Position numbers and translations under genes: made by a program
The notes under the pieces: generated by a model
What the model was told of the DNA's origin: nothing
The model's database searches: none
Seen by the model: the letters and a program-made list of their open reading frames with translations, nothing else
NCBI GenBank assembly: GCA_963555755.3
Contig: OY820905.2
Span: forward strand, 288,001-352,000
Reading direction: 5' to 3'
Length of the DNA stretch: 64,000 nucleotides
Origin: Nitrospirales bacterium
GTDB lineage: Bacteria > Nitrospirota > Nitrospiria > Nitrospirales > UBA8639
Shown: piece by piece, positions 10,774 through 21,438 of the stretch
Layout of the letters: each line of letters begins with the position of its first letter
Numbering within the stretch: the first letter of the stretch is position 1

Positions 10774-10883
10774 TTGAATAAGTCAGATGATATTATCCCT
10801 TGAGAAATTCGAGTTTTGGAACTGTCCCATTGACCAATTTTTCTTACAATTTTAATTGCTAAACCCGGAAGGTTTAAGACCCC

Positions 10884-11546
10884 ATGTCAAAAATTGAAAC
10901 AGTGGTACTTCCGCAGGTTGGCTCGATTCAGCTTGTCATTCAATCAAAACGACATATTCGCTCGCAGGAGAAGTGTGGCGGCCTTGATGCCGAATCGAAT
11001 GAATGGTTTTATTGGAATCGCCTGTGGGCCTCGGAGGTCGCGTTATCGGAATATCTCATCCAAGAATTCTTTTCGGATACACTACACGGGAAAACAATTT
11101 TAGAGTTGGGATGTGGAACCGGTCTTGCGGGGATGGTCTGCGGTAAATTAGGGGGGGTGCCGACATTTTCAGACAAAGTGCCGATGGTCATGGATTCGAT
11201 CCAAGACGCGTGTCGGCTCAATGCCATCCCTAATTATCATACGTGCATTTTGGATTGGGCCAAGATTTCTAAACCCCTCGATCGTTATGATCTGGTTTTG
11301 GGCAGCGAAATTTTTTATGACAACGAGTTTCTTGAGGATATTTGTAGGTTATTGGTAGAGGTCTTGCCGACTGGTGGAATTGGGTTGTTTTGCGATCCCA
11401 ATCGGCTGGGAGTGGAAGCCGTTGAATCTTGCTTTGCTTCCAAATTTCAATTGACTCTGAGGAACCTTGACGTGGAGTGGCCGCGACCGCCGGCAAAACA
11501 GACAACGACAAAAACCGTGTTGCTCTATCAATTGGTCAAAAGATAG
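10884..11546 (+). CDS. Class I SAM methyltransferase (METTL21/Methyltransf_16-like)
   Basis: YWNRLWAS, LELGCGTGLAG, LDW, DLVLGSEIFY. Confidence 0.85.
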   Translation: MSKIETVVLPQVGSIQLVIQSKRHIRSQEKCGGLDAESNEWFYWNRLWASEVALSEYLIQEFFSDTLHGKTILELGCGTGLAGMVCGKLGGVPTFSDKVPMVMDSIQDACRLNAIPNYHTCILDWAKISKPLDRYDLVLGSEIFYDNEFLEDICRLLVEVLPTGGIGLFCDPNRLGVEAVESCFASKFQLTLRNLDVEWPRPPAKQTTTKTVLLYQLVKR

Positions 11547-11563
11547 AAACTACCCAGGTGGAT

Positions 11564-11682
11564 AGACTGAAGGCTGAAGGCTTTTAGGGGGCAAAAAAGC
11601 GTGACCATACAAAACGTCAGGCATTATGAGTGATAGCCTTCAGCCTTCAGCCTTCAGCCTTCAGCCTTCAGCCTAAAGAGCC
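11564..11682. repeat. AGCCTTC heptamer array with an inverted partner between convergent genes (possible terminator)
   Basis: (AGCCTTC)x5 at 11635-11674; complementary CTGAAGGCTGAAGGC at 11567-11581. Confidence 0.8.
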
Positions 11683-11713
11683 AAATAGTTACAAAAAGTA
11701 AACGAATAACCTG

Positions 11714-12601
11714 TTACGGTGTGGTCGATTCTGACGCCTTGGATGACCTGATGTGCTTCACGCGTAGGATTTGTTGCGCATCTTGACTTTTTTGCTGTTT
11801 CAATGCCCGGTAGATTTGAGATCCGTCGGCCAATTGCATGGGAATTTCGCGCGGGATCACTGTCGTGCACGGGTCGGTCTCAGATCGTTCAAAAGAGGTT
11901 AGGCGAGTAATAGATTGTTCTGCATGCCGAATTCGCAAAATTGTTGAGACACAGGTTCCTGTTTTCGCAGATTTTGTCACAATTTCTGCTTCATTCCAGG
12001 TTTCAATCTCGTACAGATTGGTATAGCTCAACAAGGTGGCGGTATATCCCGGGGCCAATTTTGCGGTTGAGACCGAACATAAATTCCATTTTCGGTGACA
12101 GGAAATTTGTGAGGTTTGCAGGGCTTCTTTGACAGGAAGATTCGGTAGCGCCCATGTCCCATGAGCCGAAACCATCTCCTCCCAGTTCGCATCTTCAAAG
12201 CGATATTTTGGGATGAATGGAAGGATCTGGTCCAGGGTCCTATTATCATCCGTGAGGTGTTCCAGGGTTTCCTTATTGATCGTTCCCGTTTCTGAAATGC
12301 CGACGTATTTCTGATAGGCGCGCAAGGCGTCTTGTGTTGGCTGATCGAGCTCCCCCGAGAAAGGGCCAATCCCATATCCAAACCGACCAAGATAAATTTG
12401 GGATCCCAGGACTAACAAGCGAAATTCTTCAGGGCTGAGTTGTTCCAATTCTTTTGCTTCTTGAATGTGCTGAGGGGTTTTTTGAACATCTGCTTGCTCT
12501 GGATGCACCTGTGTCGGTTGTGCGATTTCGGCAAACCCGGCGGATGAGTAACTGAACACCATGACTAGGCTGATAAGAGCTCGACTCCAACGCGTGGACA
12601 C
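11714..12601 (-). CDS. Exported peptidoglycan-binding-domain protein
   Basis: Signal peptide; LGRFGY..G.LD..TQDALRAYQ...GI.ETG. Confidence 0.75.
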   Translation of the reverse strand: MSTRWSRALISLVMVFSYSSAGFAEIAQPTQVHPEQADVQKTPQHIQEAKELEQLSPEEFRLLVLGSQIYLGRFGYGIGPFSGELDQPTQDALRAYQKYVGISETGTINKETLEHLTDDNRTLDQILPFIPKYRFEDANWEEMVSAHGTWALPNLPVKEALQTSQISCHRKWNLCSVSTAKLAPGYTATLLSYTNLYEIETWNEAEIVTKSAKTGTCVSTILRIRHAEQSITRLTSFERSETDPCTTVIPREIPMQLADGSQIYRALKQQKSQDAQQILRVKHIRSSKASESTTP

Positions 12602-12756
12602 AATTCTCCTTTAGTTAAAATGCTGGAATTTCGTATGGTAAAACCAAACCTCATGATGGCAAGACAAACCTTGGAGGGTCAAGTGGCAAACTATTGGGAG
12701 GTGGTTGCGTGAAAAAGCGGAGCGAGGAATGCAAGGAGAGACTCAGCTGGATTGTA

Positions 12757-13133
12757 AGGGTTCGCGCAAAAATAACTTCCCATTTTGGGGTGCTGAGACC
12801 CTTGTCTGGCAAGGCGTGAAGACTGCGCATATTCTTAGTATGGGTCTGTTGAATAATTCAGGTCCATGACCCATAGATGCTCCAGACAAGCCAGCTCGCA
12901 TCAGGGGAAGGGAATGTTCAAAAAAGCATGCCCTGAGTCTTTCCGAAGGGTCTATCCAGCAAGGCCGCAGCCATTTTGACGCGCGGAGCGTACTCTCAGT
13001 ACGTGAGCACGGCAAAAGGGCGAGAACGCCGCTGGCGGCTTTTTTCAACATTCCCAGTATGTAAGGGAGGAGCAATACTGCCAGACGGGATGGATTGATG
13101 CCCAAAGATGGGAAGTTATTCTTGCGCGAGCCC
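12757..13133. mobile_element. MITE family C with nested family B (12842-13055)
   Basis: TIR GGGYTCGCGCAARAATAACTTCCCAT; AGTAT duplicated around B; empty C copy at 49317. Confidence 0.9.
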
Positions 13134-13308
13134 TACGTTCAAAAGACAGCCCGGATAAGAAAAAGTGAGAATGTGAAACAGAGGACCTCGTGTCGTATCG
13201 ACGTGTGGCAGATCATGCCGGTGGTCTATGATTCTTCCCGCTTCTTCTTTTTCCGTTCCGTGTGACGATGGCATCAACTCGGGTTAATGTGTTGGTACGA
13301 AAATACTG

Positions 13309-13584
13309 TTATGACTCAGCCTTCTCATCGTTCGGTGGGGGCAATAAATTTTGTCCAGGTGTCGGGTTTTGCCTTTTCCGATTTTTCACCGCACGCTCAA
13401 GCAGGGCCACTGAATCTTTGAGTAAATCGGCTGCGCAGGCTAACGTAACTTGAAGCTGCTGCATGGCTTCGGGCCACATGCCCGCAGCTTGAAGATCTTG
13501 AAACCGGCTATGCTGATCCTCAAGAATGGCTTTCTTGGCATCCAGCATTAAACTTTCGGCCTCGAAGTTTACTTGGTGCTCCAT
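13309..13584 (-). CDS. Hypothetical protein
   Basis: ATG with GGAGG RBS; sigma54-like promoter upstream. Confidence 0.7.
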   Translation of the reverse strand: MEHQVNFEAESLMLDAKKAILEDQHSRFQDLQAAGMWPEAMQQLQVTLACAADLLKDSVALLERAVKNRKRQNPTPGQNLLPPPNDEKAES

Positions 13585-13634
13585 AATTACGCCTCCCCTT
13601 GATTGTTAGTATTCACGTGTTGCTCTACCTATTG

Positions 13635-13651
13635 AGCAAAGGGAATGCCAA
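13635..13651 (-). promoter_or_regulatory. sigma54 -24/-12 promoter
   Basis: TTGGCATTCCCTTTGCT on the minus strand. Confidence 0.7.
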
Positions 13652-14096
13652 CACGATAGCGGTGAGGCGTTCGTCGATCTTTCTATCTATTGAAGAATGT
13701 ACGTTGAGAATTTTCCAGTTTTTGTGAGTGCCCGGGCATGGAGTGCATGAGCGTTATTGTAAAAAATCTTGATACCTTTCCTGTGCCTCGCCATGTTTAT
13801 GCTTGAAAAACTTCATAGATTGAAGGACTTACACCTTGCCCGTCTCCTGTAAAAAATCCCGACACAACTGACGGGAAATTTTCCACATTCAAAATTAAGC
13901 CAAGCCGGGTTGTTGTTGGCCCTGGTTGGGTTGGTCTGTTGTCAATTGTTGCGTACGCACCGGAGATTTAATTTTTTTTTATCAGGAGAGGATGTCGGAA
14001 TCAACTTGATGAGGGACAGTGCGTGAAAGGGCTGAGGAGCAGGTGGTGATATTGGTGGCAGTGAGACTTCCTTATGAAAGAGAAGTCAGATCCAGT

Positions 14097-14523
14097 TTAT
14101 TGCATTTCGATGGCCCCACCATTGAGATCGTAGTCTACACCTTTAAGTTCAATCTTATTGCCGATATGCCAGTGTTCTGCTGTCACCTCCGAGACCATGC
14201 CTCCCGGTAAGTAAAATTTAGCCTGTGGAACAGAAATTCCGGTTTGACTCTCTTTCTTGACCGCAAGTATGACGCCCTTCAGGGTTTTGTCCACCAGAAT
14301 GGCTGTCTCACCTTCAATCTTGAGTTCAAAACGATCTTGCTCGTTCGAGGTCCAGGCATTGTGTTCGAGTTTGGCCACTTGCGTGCCAGCAGGATTGTAT
14401 AAATCCATTGATAAGAGTATGGCGCCATCATCGCTAAGGGCAACCCGAATGAGGTCATGGCCTTCAGCTTGAAAAATGCCATTTGTATTTCGTAGTTGAT
14501 TAGAGCCAATCGTGATATCCATG
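14097..14523 (-). CDS. Hypothetical protein
   Basis: GAGGA RBS before MDITIGSN. Confidence 0.65.
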
Positions 14524-14697
14524 CTGTCCTCTTTGCCGAAAAAAATGTGTATTGGTGGAACGAACCAAAAACCCGTTTCATCGGAAACTCTGCACCTTAC
14601 CGAACCAAAACGGAAGCGGTCAACTGTGATGCAATGACGTCGTCGTGCTGAAGGCCGACGTATGCTTATGCCCATGAGTAGTGATGAGAATGAATGT

Positions 14698-14819
14698 AGG
14701 GTCTTCTCCCAAGTGAGTGGGTAAATTGGGTCGAGTCATGTCCTGAAAGGCTCGCGGGAGAAGAGGTTGGTGGATTTTTTGACCGTGGGAAAAGTGGCCA
14801 GGCTTTCTTGAGGCTTCAC
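14698..14819. repeat. Dispersed ~120-bp repeat E, copy 1
   Basis: Near-identical to 50996-51117. Confidence 0.85.
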
Positions 14820-15139
14820 CCTGATCATCCCTCCCCTTTGGAAGGGGACCTGCCGGCGCGCCGGCGCGCTTTGGCGAAGGCGTGGGCGAGGTGGGGTAGA
14901 GCCCGTGGCAAGGAGCGAGCTGCAGCCATGCTGAAAGCCCGGACCGGATTCGACGGCAGGCTGCTGACGTGGTCACGAATCTGGATGGGGTGCTCCAAGA
15001 GCGACCTGAGCGGCTGTCGTGGCCCTCTACCTCCCCTACCCCTCCTTACAAAGGAGGGGACTAAAAAAACCCCTAGAAGTTACCCACACGATTTGGAGAA
15101 GAGCCAAAAGAATAGATCAGTCGGGTATGATTTCATTCT

Positions 15140-15800
15140 TTATTCTGTCTTCGTATTAAAGAAATATCTCACCCCATCTACGTGCACGACCGGCATGACC
15201 ATTCCTTGTTCCAAGCCATCGTGTGAAAAACCATAGATAATCGATTCCCAGGGAATCAGCGTTCCGGTAAAGAGGATTCCTATTTCGAGAGATTCGCCCT
15301 TCGTTATTCGCTCTTTGAGAGAAGTGAGTAGGGCAGGTGGGGGGATTGCAACCATTTCATTTGGCAGGCCAACCGGTTTAAATCGTACAATGCCCCAGGT
15401 TGTCTGAGTCGGGTGAGGGCCCATCACGACTTTAATCCCTTTGTGCGTATCGTGATATTCGCCAAGAATGCCCGACCACACAAAAGCAATGCGTTGCGTC
15501 AGTAACGAATGTCCTTCGCGGAGATCGTCTCGCCTTCGGTTTAGAATAAAAAGTCTCGCGCCATGTTCTTTCCCAGGTGGATCATGTAATTGATCCCATT
15601 CCGGCGGATGCTTTTCTAATTCGTGTAAAAAATCTTCCTGTTCCTGGGCCGTGAATAGTGCCCGAATCGAATCGCCTTGGACCAACGAGTACATGTGTGA
15701 CAGGGGTAGTTGATGTAGAGGCTGAATCCCTGAGGGAGGTTCTGCCACAGCGAGTGAAGGGAACGAAACGAACACACAAACAAGAACGCATAGGGAATTA
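15140..15800 (-). CDS. Hypothetical exported protein; 5' end obscured by MITE A
   Basis: Long ORF with signal-like ..PSLAVAE. Confidence 0.55.
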
Positions 15801-15801
15801 A

Positions 15802-15942
15802 GGGCACCTCTAAAAACCCGGCATTTTTTGTGAGGGCAAGGAAGCCGCGCGCGGAAAACCGGAGTGTATGGGCGAATACATGAGGATTTGAGCACGTGGC
15901 TGACGCCGCCATCACGGAAAAGGACGGTTTTTAGAGGTGCCC
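15802..15942 (-). mobile_element. MITE family A, copy 2
   Basis: 141 bp; TSD TTAA. Confidence 0.92.
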
Positions 15943-16042
15943 TTAATTGAATAACTCTGGAGATGGGTACCCTTCGATCCCTCCCCTTGCTGACAAAGGA
16001 GGGGAACAAAAAATGGATCATCAGTTAACTCGTTTCTTTGAT

Positions 16043-17140
16043 TTACTTATACGACTCTAACAGGGTTCTTTGTTCATGAATAAACAAGTGCAACTTGTTA
16101 AGTAGGAGATAGGCGGTGATGGAATCTCCTGCCCGTCGGCGAGAATCGGGTGAAGTTCGTGCAACCAAACGCTGCCCCTGTGCTACAAGGTACACGATAT
16201 GATCGCCACCAAGATTTTCGATGAGATCGATGGTGCCTGAGAGGGTAATGTGGATTGCACCAGGCGGATCGAGTCCAACATCTTCCGGACGGATGCCCAA
16301 AATGGCTGAGCCGGAGCCTAGGGTTGGAGTGATATCAACTCGAGCGTTGAACCTCAGTGTGAAATCTCCTGCTTGAAATTCCAAATTCTTGTGGTTGGCT
16401 TGAACCGTCCCTTTAATGAGATTCATAGGAGGATTTCCAATGAACCCCGCGACAAACGGATTACTGGGTTGATGATAAATCCGATCCGGCGTTCCGATTT
16501 GAAGAATGCGGCCTTGATCCATGACCACGATTTTCTCCCCTAGCGTCATGGCCTCAATTTGATCGTGAGTCACGTAGACCATGGTGACGCCCAACCGCTG
16601 ATGCAGTTTCTTCAGTTCCACCCGCATGGAGGCTCGTAATCGGGCATCCAAATTGGAAAGCGGCTCATCAAACAGAAACAACTTGGGCTTTCGCACAATG
16701 GCGCGGCCCATGGCCACTCGTTGACGTTGACCACCGGAGAGTTCTTTGGGCTTCCGGTCGAGCAAGTCATGAATTTCTAGCAACTCCGCAGCTTCGCCTA
16801 TTCTCTCCTCGATGACAGACGAAGGTTCCTTTCGCACTTTCAAACCAAAAGCCAAGTTTTCTCTGACCGTGAGATGTGGATAGAGCGCGTATTGCTGGAA
16901 GACCATCGCAATATCGCGATCGCGTGGGGGGAGTGCATCAACGGTTTGGTTTCCAATAGATACTGAACCACTTGTTTGTGCTTCAAGCCCGGCAATAATC
17001 CGAAGGAGAGTAGATTTTCCGCAACCCGACGGACCAAGCAGCACGACAAACTCACCATCAGAGGCCTCAAGCGAAATGTCGTTCAAGACGCTCGTGTTGC
17101 CGAAAGATTTATGTAGGTGAGTGAGTGCGAAGCCTGGCAT
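16043..17140 (-). CDS. Sugar ABC transporter ATP-binding subunit (MalK/UgpC-like)
   Basis: GPSGCGKST, LSGGQRQR, FDEPLSNLD, YVTHDQ. Confidence 0.93.
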   Translation of the reverse strand: MPGFALTHLHKSFGNTSVLNDISLEASDGEFVVLLGPSGCGKSTLLRIIAGLEAQTSGSVSIGNQTVDALPPRDRDIAMVFQQYALYPHLTVRENLAFGLKVRKEPSSVIEERIGEAAELLEIHDLLDRKPKELSGGQRQRVAMGRAIVRKPKLFLFDEPLSNLDARLRASMRVELKKLHQRLGVTMVYVTHDQIEAMTLGEKIVVMDQGRILQIGTPDRIYHQPSNPFVAGFIGNPPMNLIKGTVQANHKNLEFQAGDFTLRFNARVDITPTLGSGSAILGIRPEDVGLDPPGAIHITLSGTIDLIENLGGDHIVYLVAQGQRLVARTSPDSRRRAGDSITAYLLLNKLHLFIHEQRTLLESYK

Positions 17141-17143
17141 TGG

Positions 17144-17971
17144 TTAACCTTTGACTGCTCCTGAAGAAAGGCCGCTAATAATCCCTCGTTGGAACAACAG
17201 AACCAAGAAAATTAATGGCAGCGTCGCGAGCACAGAGGCGGCAGCAATTTCTCCCCACGGCATGGTGAATTCACCTTGGAACAAGGCAATGCCAACCGGG
17301 AGTGTTTGTTTGGCGGGATCGGTCAGAAACAACAGCGCAAAGAAAAATTCGTTCCATGCGTAGATAAACGTGAGGATGGCCGCGGTAAACAGACCTGGTG
17401 CTGCGAGAGGAAGCATGACCTTATACAGGGCTTGCCATGTGGTGCAGCCATCGATTTGAGCGGCTTCTGCGAGCTCATGAGGAAGTTCTTTGAAAAACGT
17501 TGCAAGAATCCATACTGCGAGGGGAAGAGTCAGCGTTACGTAGGGCAGGACCAAGCCCCAATGAGTATTGAGCCCACCGATGTGTTTTAATATTTGCCAC
17601 ACAGGTCCGGCAATGACAATTTGCGGAAACATGGCGACACAGAGTAACCCGCTCAGGATCCACACTTTGCCATGGAGACGAATCCGCGCCAGCGCGTAGG
17701 CGGCTGGGGTGGCGATGGTCAGTGCAATGATGGTGGTGGAACTCGCGACAATCACACTGTTCCAGATGTAGTTGAAGAGTTGATGATCAATGATCGCCGA
17801 TTGATAAAATACGATACTGCCATCGGGCCACCAGGTTGGGGGAATTGCTTCGACTTGGATCTGAGATTTTAAAGAGGTCAGCACAAACCATATAAAAGGT
17901 AATAGGCTGCCGAGGACAGCAACAGCAATCCCGATGATCAATGCGAGGCGTTCTGAGAAAGGCTTGGTCAT
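17144..17971 (-). CDS. Carbohydrate ABC permease (MalG-like)
   Basis: EAAQIDG EAA motif; AWNEFFFAL. Confidence 0.92.
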   Translation of the reverse strand: MTKPFSERLALIIGIAVAVLGSLLPFIWFVLTSLKSQIQVEAIPPTWWPDGSIVFYQSAIIDHQLFNYIWNSVIVASSTTIIALTIATPAAYALARIRLHGKVWILSGLLCVAMFPQIVIAGPVWQILKHIGGLNTHWGLVLPYVTLTLPLAVWILATFFKELPHELAEAAQIDGCTTWQALYKVMLPLAAPGLFTAAILTFIYAWNEFFFALLFLTDPAKQTLPVGIALFQGEFTMPWGEIAAASVLATLPLIFLVLLFQRGIISGLSSGAVKG

Positions 17972-18864
17972 GCCTTCTCCTGTTCTAATAGTTTTGAGCC
18001 TACCGTGCGAACATAAAACAACGAGAGAATTAAAATCGCCACAAAGACGGTGACGGAAATGGTCGTTCCGTATCCAACACGCCCTTCGGTGAAGAGTGTT
18101 TTATAGGCGTAGAATTGAATCACCTGCGTGGCATCGCCTGGTCCACCCTGAGTCATGACAAAGACCAAATCAAACACCCGAAACGCATCGATCGTCCGAA
18201 ACAAGAGTGCGGTGAGGAGGGCGGGTTTCAGCAGGGGAAAGGTGATGTGCCAAAACCGTTGCCACGCAGTCGCTCCATCAATGCGGGCAGCATCATACAC
18301 CTCATCCGGGATCACTTGAAGGCCAGCTAACACAAGCAGGCCGGCAAACGAAGACGTTTTCCAGACATCAGCCAAGACAATCGCGCCAAAGGCCATCCAC
18401 GGATCTGCCAGCCAGGGGACATACGCGTCCACCTGATCGCCAAAGAGCATGAGGTTGACGAGACCATATTGATCGTTCAACAAAAACCGCCACATTTGTG
18501 AGGCCACCACGGTAGGGATGGCCCAAGGAATCAACACGGCAGCCCGAACCCATCCTCGCCCTTTGAAATGCTCATGAATGACCAGCGCAATGCCAATGCC
18601 CAGGAAGAGTTCGAACGTGGTAGAAAGAATGACAAAGCCAAGCGTGACGATAAACGCCTGATGCGCAACCGGATCTTGAAAGAGCTGCACGTAATTGCCA
18701 AGCCCGATAAATGGCTGCCCCAGACTCGGCAAACCTAAGTAGATGCGGTGGAGACTCAGAAAAAACGAATCCATCGCCGGATACAGCGAAAAAATCGCAA
18801 CAAACGTCAGTGCCGGAAATACCATGAACCAGCCAGCGCTCTGCTCTGAGGTGCGTTTGGTCAT
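17968..18864 (-). CDS. Carbohydrate ABC permease (MalF-like)
   Basis: DAARIDGA, FRVFDLV..MTQGGPG. Confidence 0.92.
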   Translation of the reverse strand: MTKRTSEQSAGWFMVFPALTFVAIFSLYPAMDSFFLSLHRIYLGLPSLGQPFIGLGNYVQLFQDPVAHQAFIVTLGFVILSTTFELFLGIGIALVIHEHFKGRGWVRAAVLIPWAIPTVVASQMWRFLLNDQYGLVNLMLFGDQVDAYVPWLADPWMAFGAIVLADVWKTSSFAGLLVLAGLQVIPDEVYDAARIDGATAWQRFWHITFPLLKPALLTALLFRTIDAFRVFDLVFVMTQGGPGDATQVIQFYAYKTLFTEGRVGYGTTISVTVFVAILILSLFYVRTVGSKLLEQEKA

Positions 18865-18884
18865 AAAGGGAAAAAAACAACCTG

Positions 18885-19043
18885 GATCCCCGCTAAAAAC
18901 TGCGGGGATGACGGTTTAAGGTTATAAAGGCATATTTACTGTTCATTTTTTTGCTATCAGTCGAATGAATAAGAAGTATCATGTTTTGTGCCAATCACTG
19001 ATTCCCAATCGCGTCATTCCCGCGGTAGTAAGCGGGAATCCAG
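18885..19043. repeat. Inverted pair of CGTC-type REP palindromes
   Basis: GGATCCCCGC..GCGGGGATGAC and GTCATTCCCGC..GCGGGAATCC. Confidence 0.7.
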
Positions 19044-19194
19044 GTTTTAAGTTTTCACCGATTGTCCATTCTCCCGCCTTCGGCACCGCCAAGACACGCA
19101 GACAAATTTGGTTCTTATTTCCTCGCCCCCTAGGAGGGGGAGAGGACAAAGGTGAGGGGGTTGTCTTCGACTAAAGCAACAACATCATAAGTAA

Positions 19195-20568
19195 TCATTG
19201 GCCCGCACCCTGCACCAAATCCAAAAACCGATTAATTTGCCGATCCGCTTCCTTGGCCTCTTCCAAAATATCTGTCTCAGGAAACGCCAACACACGACTA
19301 AAGTACCGCTGCAGAATATGAGAAACGATCGGATACACCGGCGTGCGTGGCCGAGGTTTTGCCGTTTGAAAAACCGGAAACAAATCTTTGTATTGGGGGT
19401 TCGCCTGGAGGACTTCGGAATCAGAATACAGCGCAATGCGTGAAGGAGCCAACGACGCATGAAGCGCAAAATACTTTTGCATCTCAGAGCTGCTCATAAA
19501 CTCGATGAATGTCCACGCTTCATCAGGATGTTGAGAATACGCGCTAATCCCATACAGCCAACCACCTAAGGCTGAAACACTTTTGCCTTGCGCAAAATGC
19601 GGAAGGACCGTCACACCAACATGGCCAACGATCTTGGAATGACGCGGATCATTGGACAACCCCCACGCATAGGGCCAATTGCGATGAAACACGGCTTTCC
19701 CTTGAACAAACACCGCCAGAGATTCCGGCTCTTGATACGTGAGCACCGCCGGTGTTGCAAGCTGCTGAATGATCTGCTCTCGCACAAATTTCACCGCTTC
19801 TGTGGTGTCAGGCGAAGCCAACGTAGATTGAGTGCCATCCTCAGTCAGGAAAGAACCATTGTGACTGCCGACAATTTCCAGCATGTCACACACCAGCCCT
19901 TCGTATTGTTTGAACTGCCCGCTATAACCCCGTAACGCCGGTTGTGCGGATCGTTCACCTTCCACAATCGTTGTAGCCTGGCGTACCAATTCATTCCAAG
20001 TGACGGGAGGCGAAAATCCATATTTCTCCAACAGATCCTTCCGGTAGTAGAGGATCCCGCTATCGATGCGAGAAGGCACGCCATAGATGTGCCCTTGATA
20101 GGTGCCGGCTTCAATCGTCGCTCTCAAGAACTTGCGACGTTCGGAAGGCGTGAAATGATCGTCCAAAGGCAAGGCCCACCCCGCCGCCGCAAATTCCGAC
20201 GGCCAAATGACATCCATGAAAAACAAATCCATGGACTGATCCCTATTTTTGAGCTTTTGCGTCAGGAGATCGTGATAGGCGGTCGAAGAATGAGGCGCGA
20301 TTTCCCTCTTGATGGTGATGGTGGGATGCGCGTGTTCAAAACGCCCAATCGCCTCATCCCAAACCTTTGGATGATCCGCCTTCCACGTGACAAAATGAAG
20401 AGTGACTGTGTTGGCATCCGCACCTTGCGCGAAACTATGAGTAGCTCCCGCACTAACGACAAACCATAACCAAAAAAATGCAAGAAGAAGCCTTGGCCAG
20501 TCTGCGCGTTTCGGAGGTTGAATGGATTGCGAAAAGGTTTTCATGGGAATGTTCCTGTCCTGTATCAC
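19195..20568 (-). CDS. Sugar ABC substrate-binding protein (trehalose/maltose-like)
   Basis: MDVIWPSEFA, QYEGLVC, FHRNWPYAW, LGGW, PRPRTP.Y. Confidence 0.88.
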   Translation of the reverse strand: MIQDRNIPMKTFSQSIQPPKRADWPRLLLAFFWLWFVVSAGATHSFAQGADANTVTLHFVTWKADHPKVWDEAIGRFEHAHPTITIKREIAPHSSTAYHDLLTQKLKNRDQSMDLFFMDVIWPSEFAAAGWALPLDDHFTPSERRKFLRATIEAGTYQGHIYGVPSRIDSGILYYRKDLLEKYGFSPPVTWNELVRQATTIVEGERSAQPALRGYSGQFKQYEGLVCDMLEIVGSHNGSFLTEDGTQSTLASPDTTEAVKFVREQIIQQLATPAVLTYQEPESLAVFVQGKAVFHRNWPYAWGLSNDPRHSKIVGHVGVTVLPHFAQGKSVSALGGWLYGISAYSQHPDEAWTFIEFMSSSEMQKYFALHASLAPSRIALYSDSEVLQANPQYKDLFPVFQTAKPRPRTPVYPIVSHILQRYFSRVLAFPETDILEEAKEADRQINRFLDLVQGAGQ

Positions 20569-21044
20569 AGGGCCACTTCAGGAGCAAGAAGATCTCATAA
20601 ATTTCCCCCTCCTTTGTAAGGAGGGGATAGGGGAGGTAGAGTCTTCAATCAGCAACAAACTTGCAGTTGTTTTGTTCTCAAGACAGATCTTTTGCTTTCC
20701 GAAACCCTCGCCCCACTGGGGAGAGGGAAGGGTGAGGGGAATCTGTATCCGATCAGATACACCACTGTATCCATTGTATCCATTCAGATACAAATTTGAC
20801 GATTGACATTGACGCTTAAATAAAAATGAGCAGTCGTGACGCATCAACAAAGCCTCAAGCCGAGCTGGCATGAATCTTGTGGCTTCATAGTTATTTGTCT
20901 ATGACAACTGCTAGCATTGGTAGGGAACGAGCTTATGAATAACACACGAGACTTCATTCATGATCAAGGGCATTCAGTGGTCGGATTCTACCCTGCAAGT
21001 CGCAATACTGTGGAGAAGAGTCCCGCTGTCCGGTCAACTACAGT

Positions 21045-21258
21045 GGGCCTGTTGAATATTTCAGGTCCATGACCCATAGGTGCTCCAGAGAAGACGGCTC
21101 GCATAAGTGGGAGGGAATGTTCAAAAAAGCATGCCCTGAGTCTTTCCGAAGGGTCTATCCAGCAAGGCCGCAGCCCTTTTGACGCGCGGAGCGTACTCTC
21201 AGTACGTGAGCACGGCAAAATGGCGAGAACGCCGCTGGCGGCTTTTTTCAACATTCCC
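21045..21258. mobile_element. MITE family B, long form, no TSD
   Basis: Matches 12842-13055; abuts the attI module. Confidence 0.88.
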
Positions 21259-21416
21259 TTGAGGGAAACCGGAATAGGCTGACAATGCCTACAGTGTTTG
21301 TCCCTTTCCAGATGGTTGAACATTTCTTGCTAAATATTGGAAAACCTTATAGTTTTTCCGAAACTCTAAAACGTAGTGAGTCGGGATAGGCTGACCGAGC
21401 TACTTAATAGTTAGGT
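21259..21416 (+). promoter_or_regulatory. Promoter+attI-like module type 1, without intI
   Basis: Homologous to 31879-32035; TTGCTA-17-TAGTTT (21327-21355); homology ends at GTTAG (21410). Confidence 0.75.
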
Positions 21417-21438
21417 TGTCAGGGCACAGGCGCGCACA

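Noticed and set aside
20866..20882. sigma54-like TGGCATGAATCTTGT
   Set aside because: Imperfect -12 element and no downstream gene on that strand
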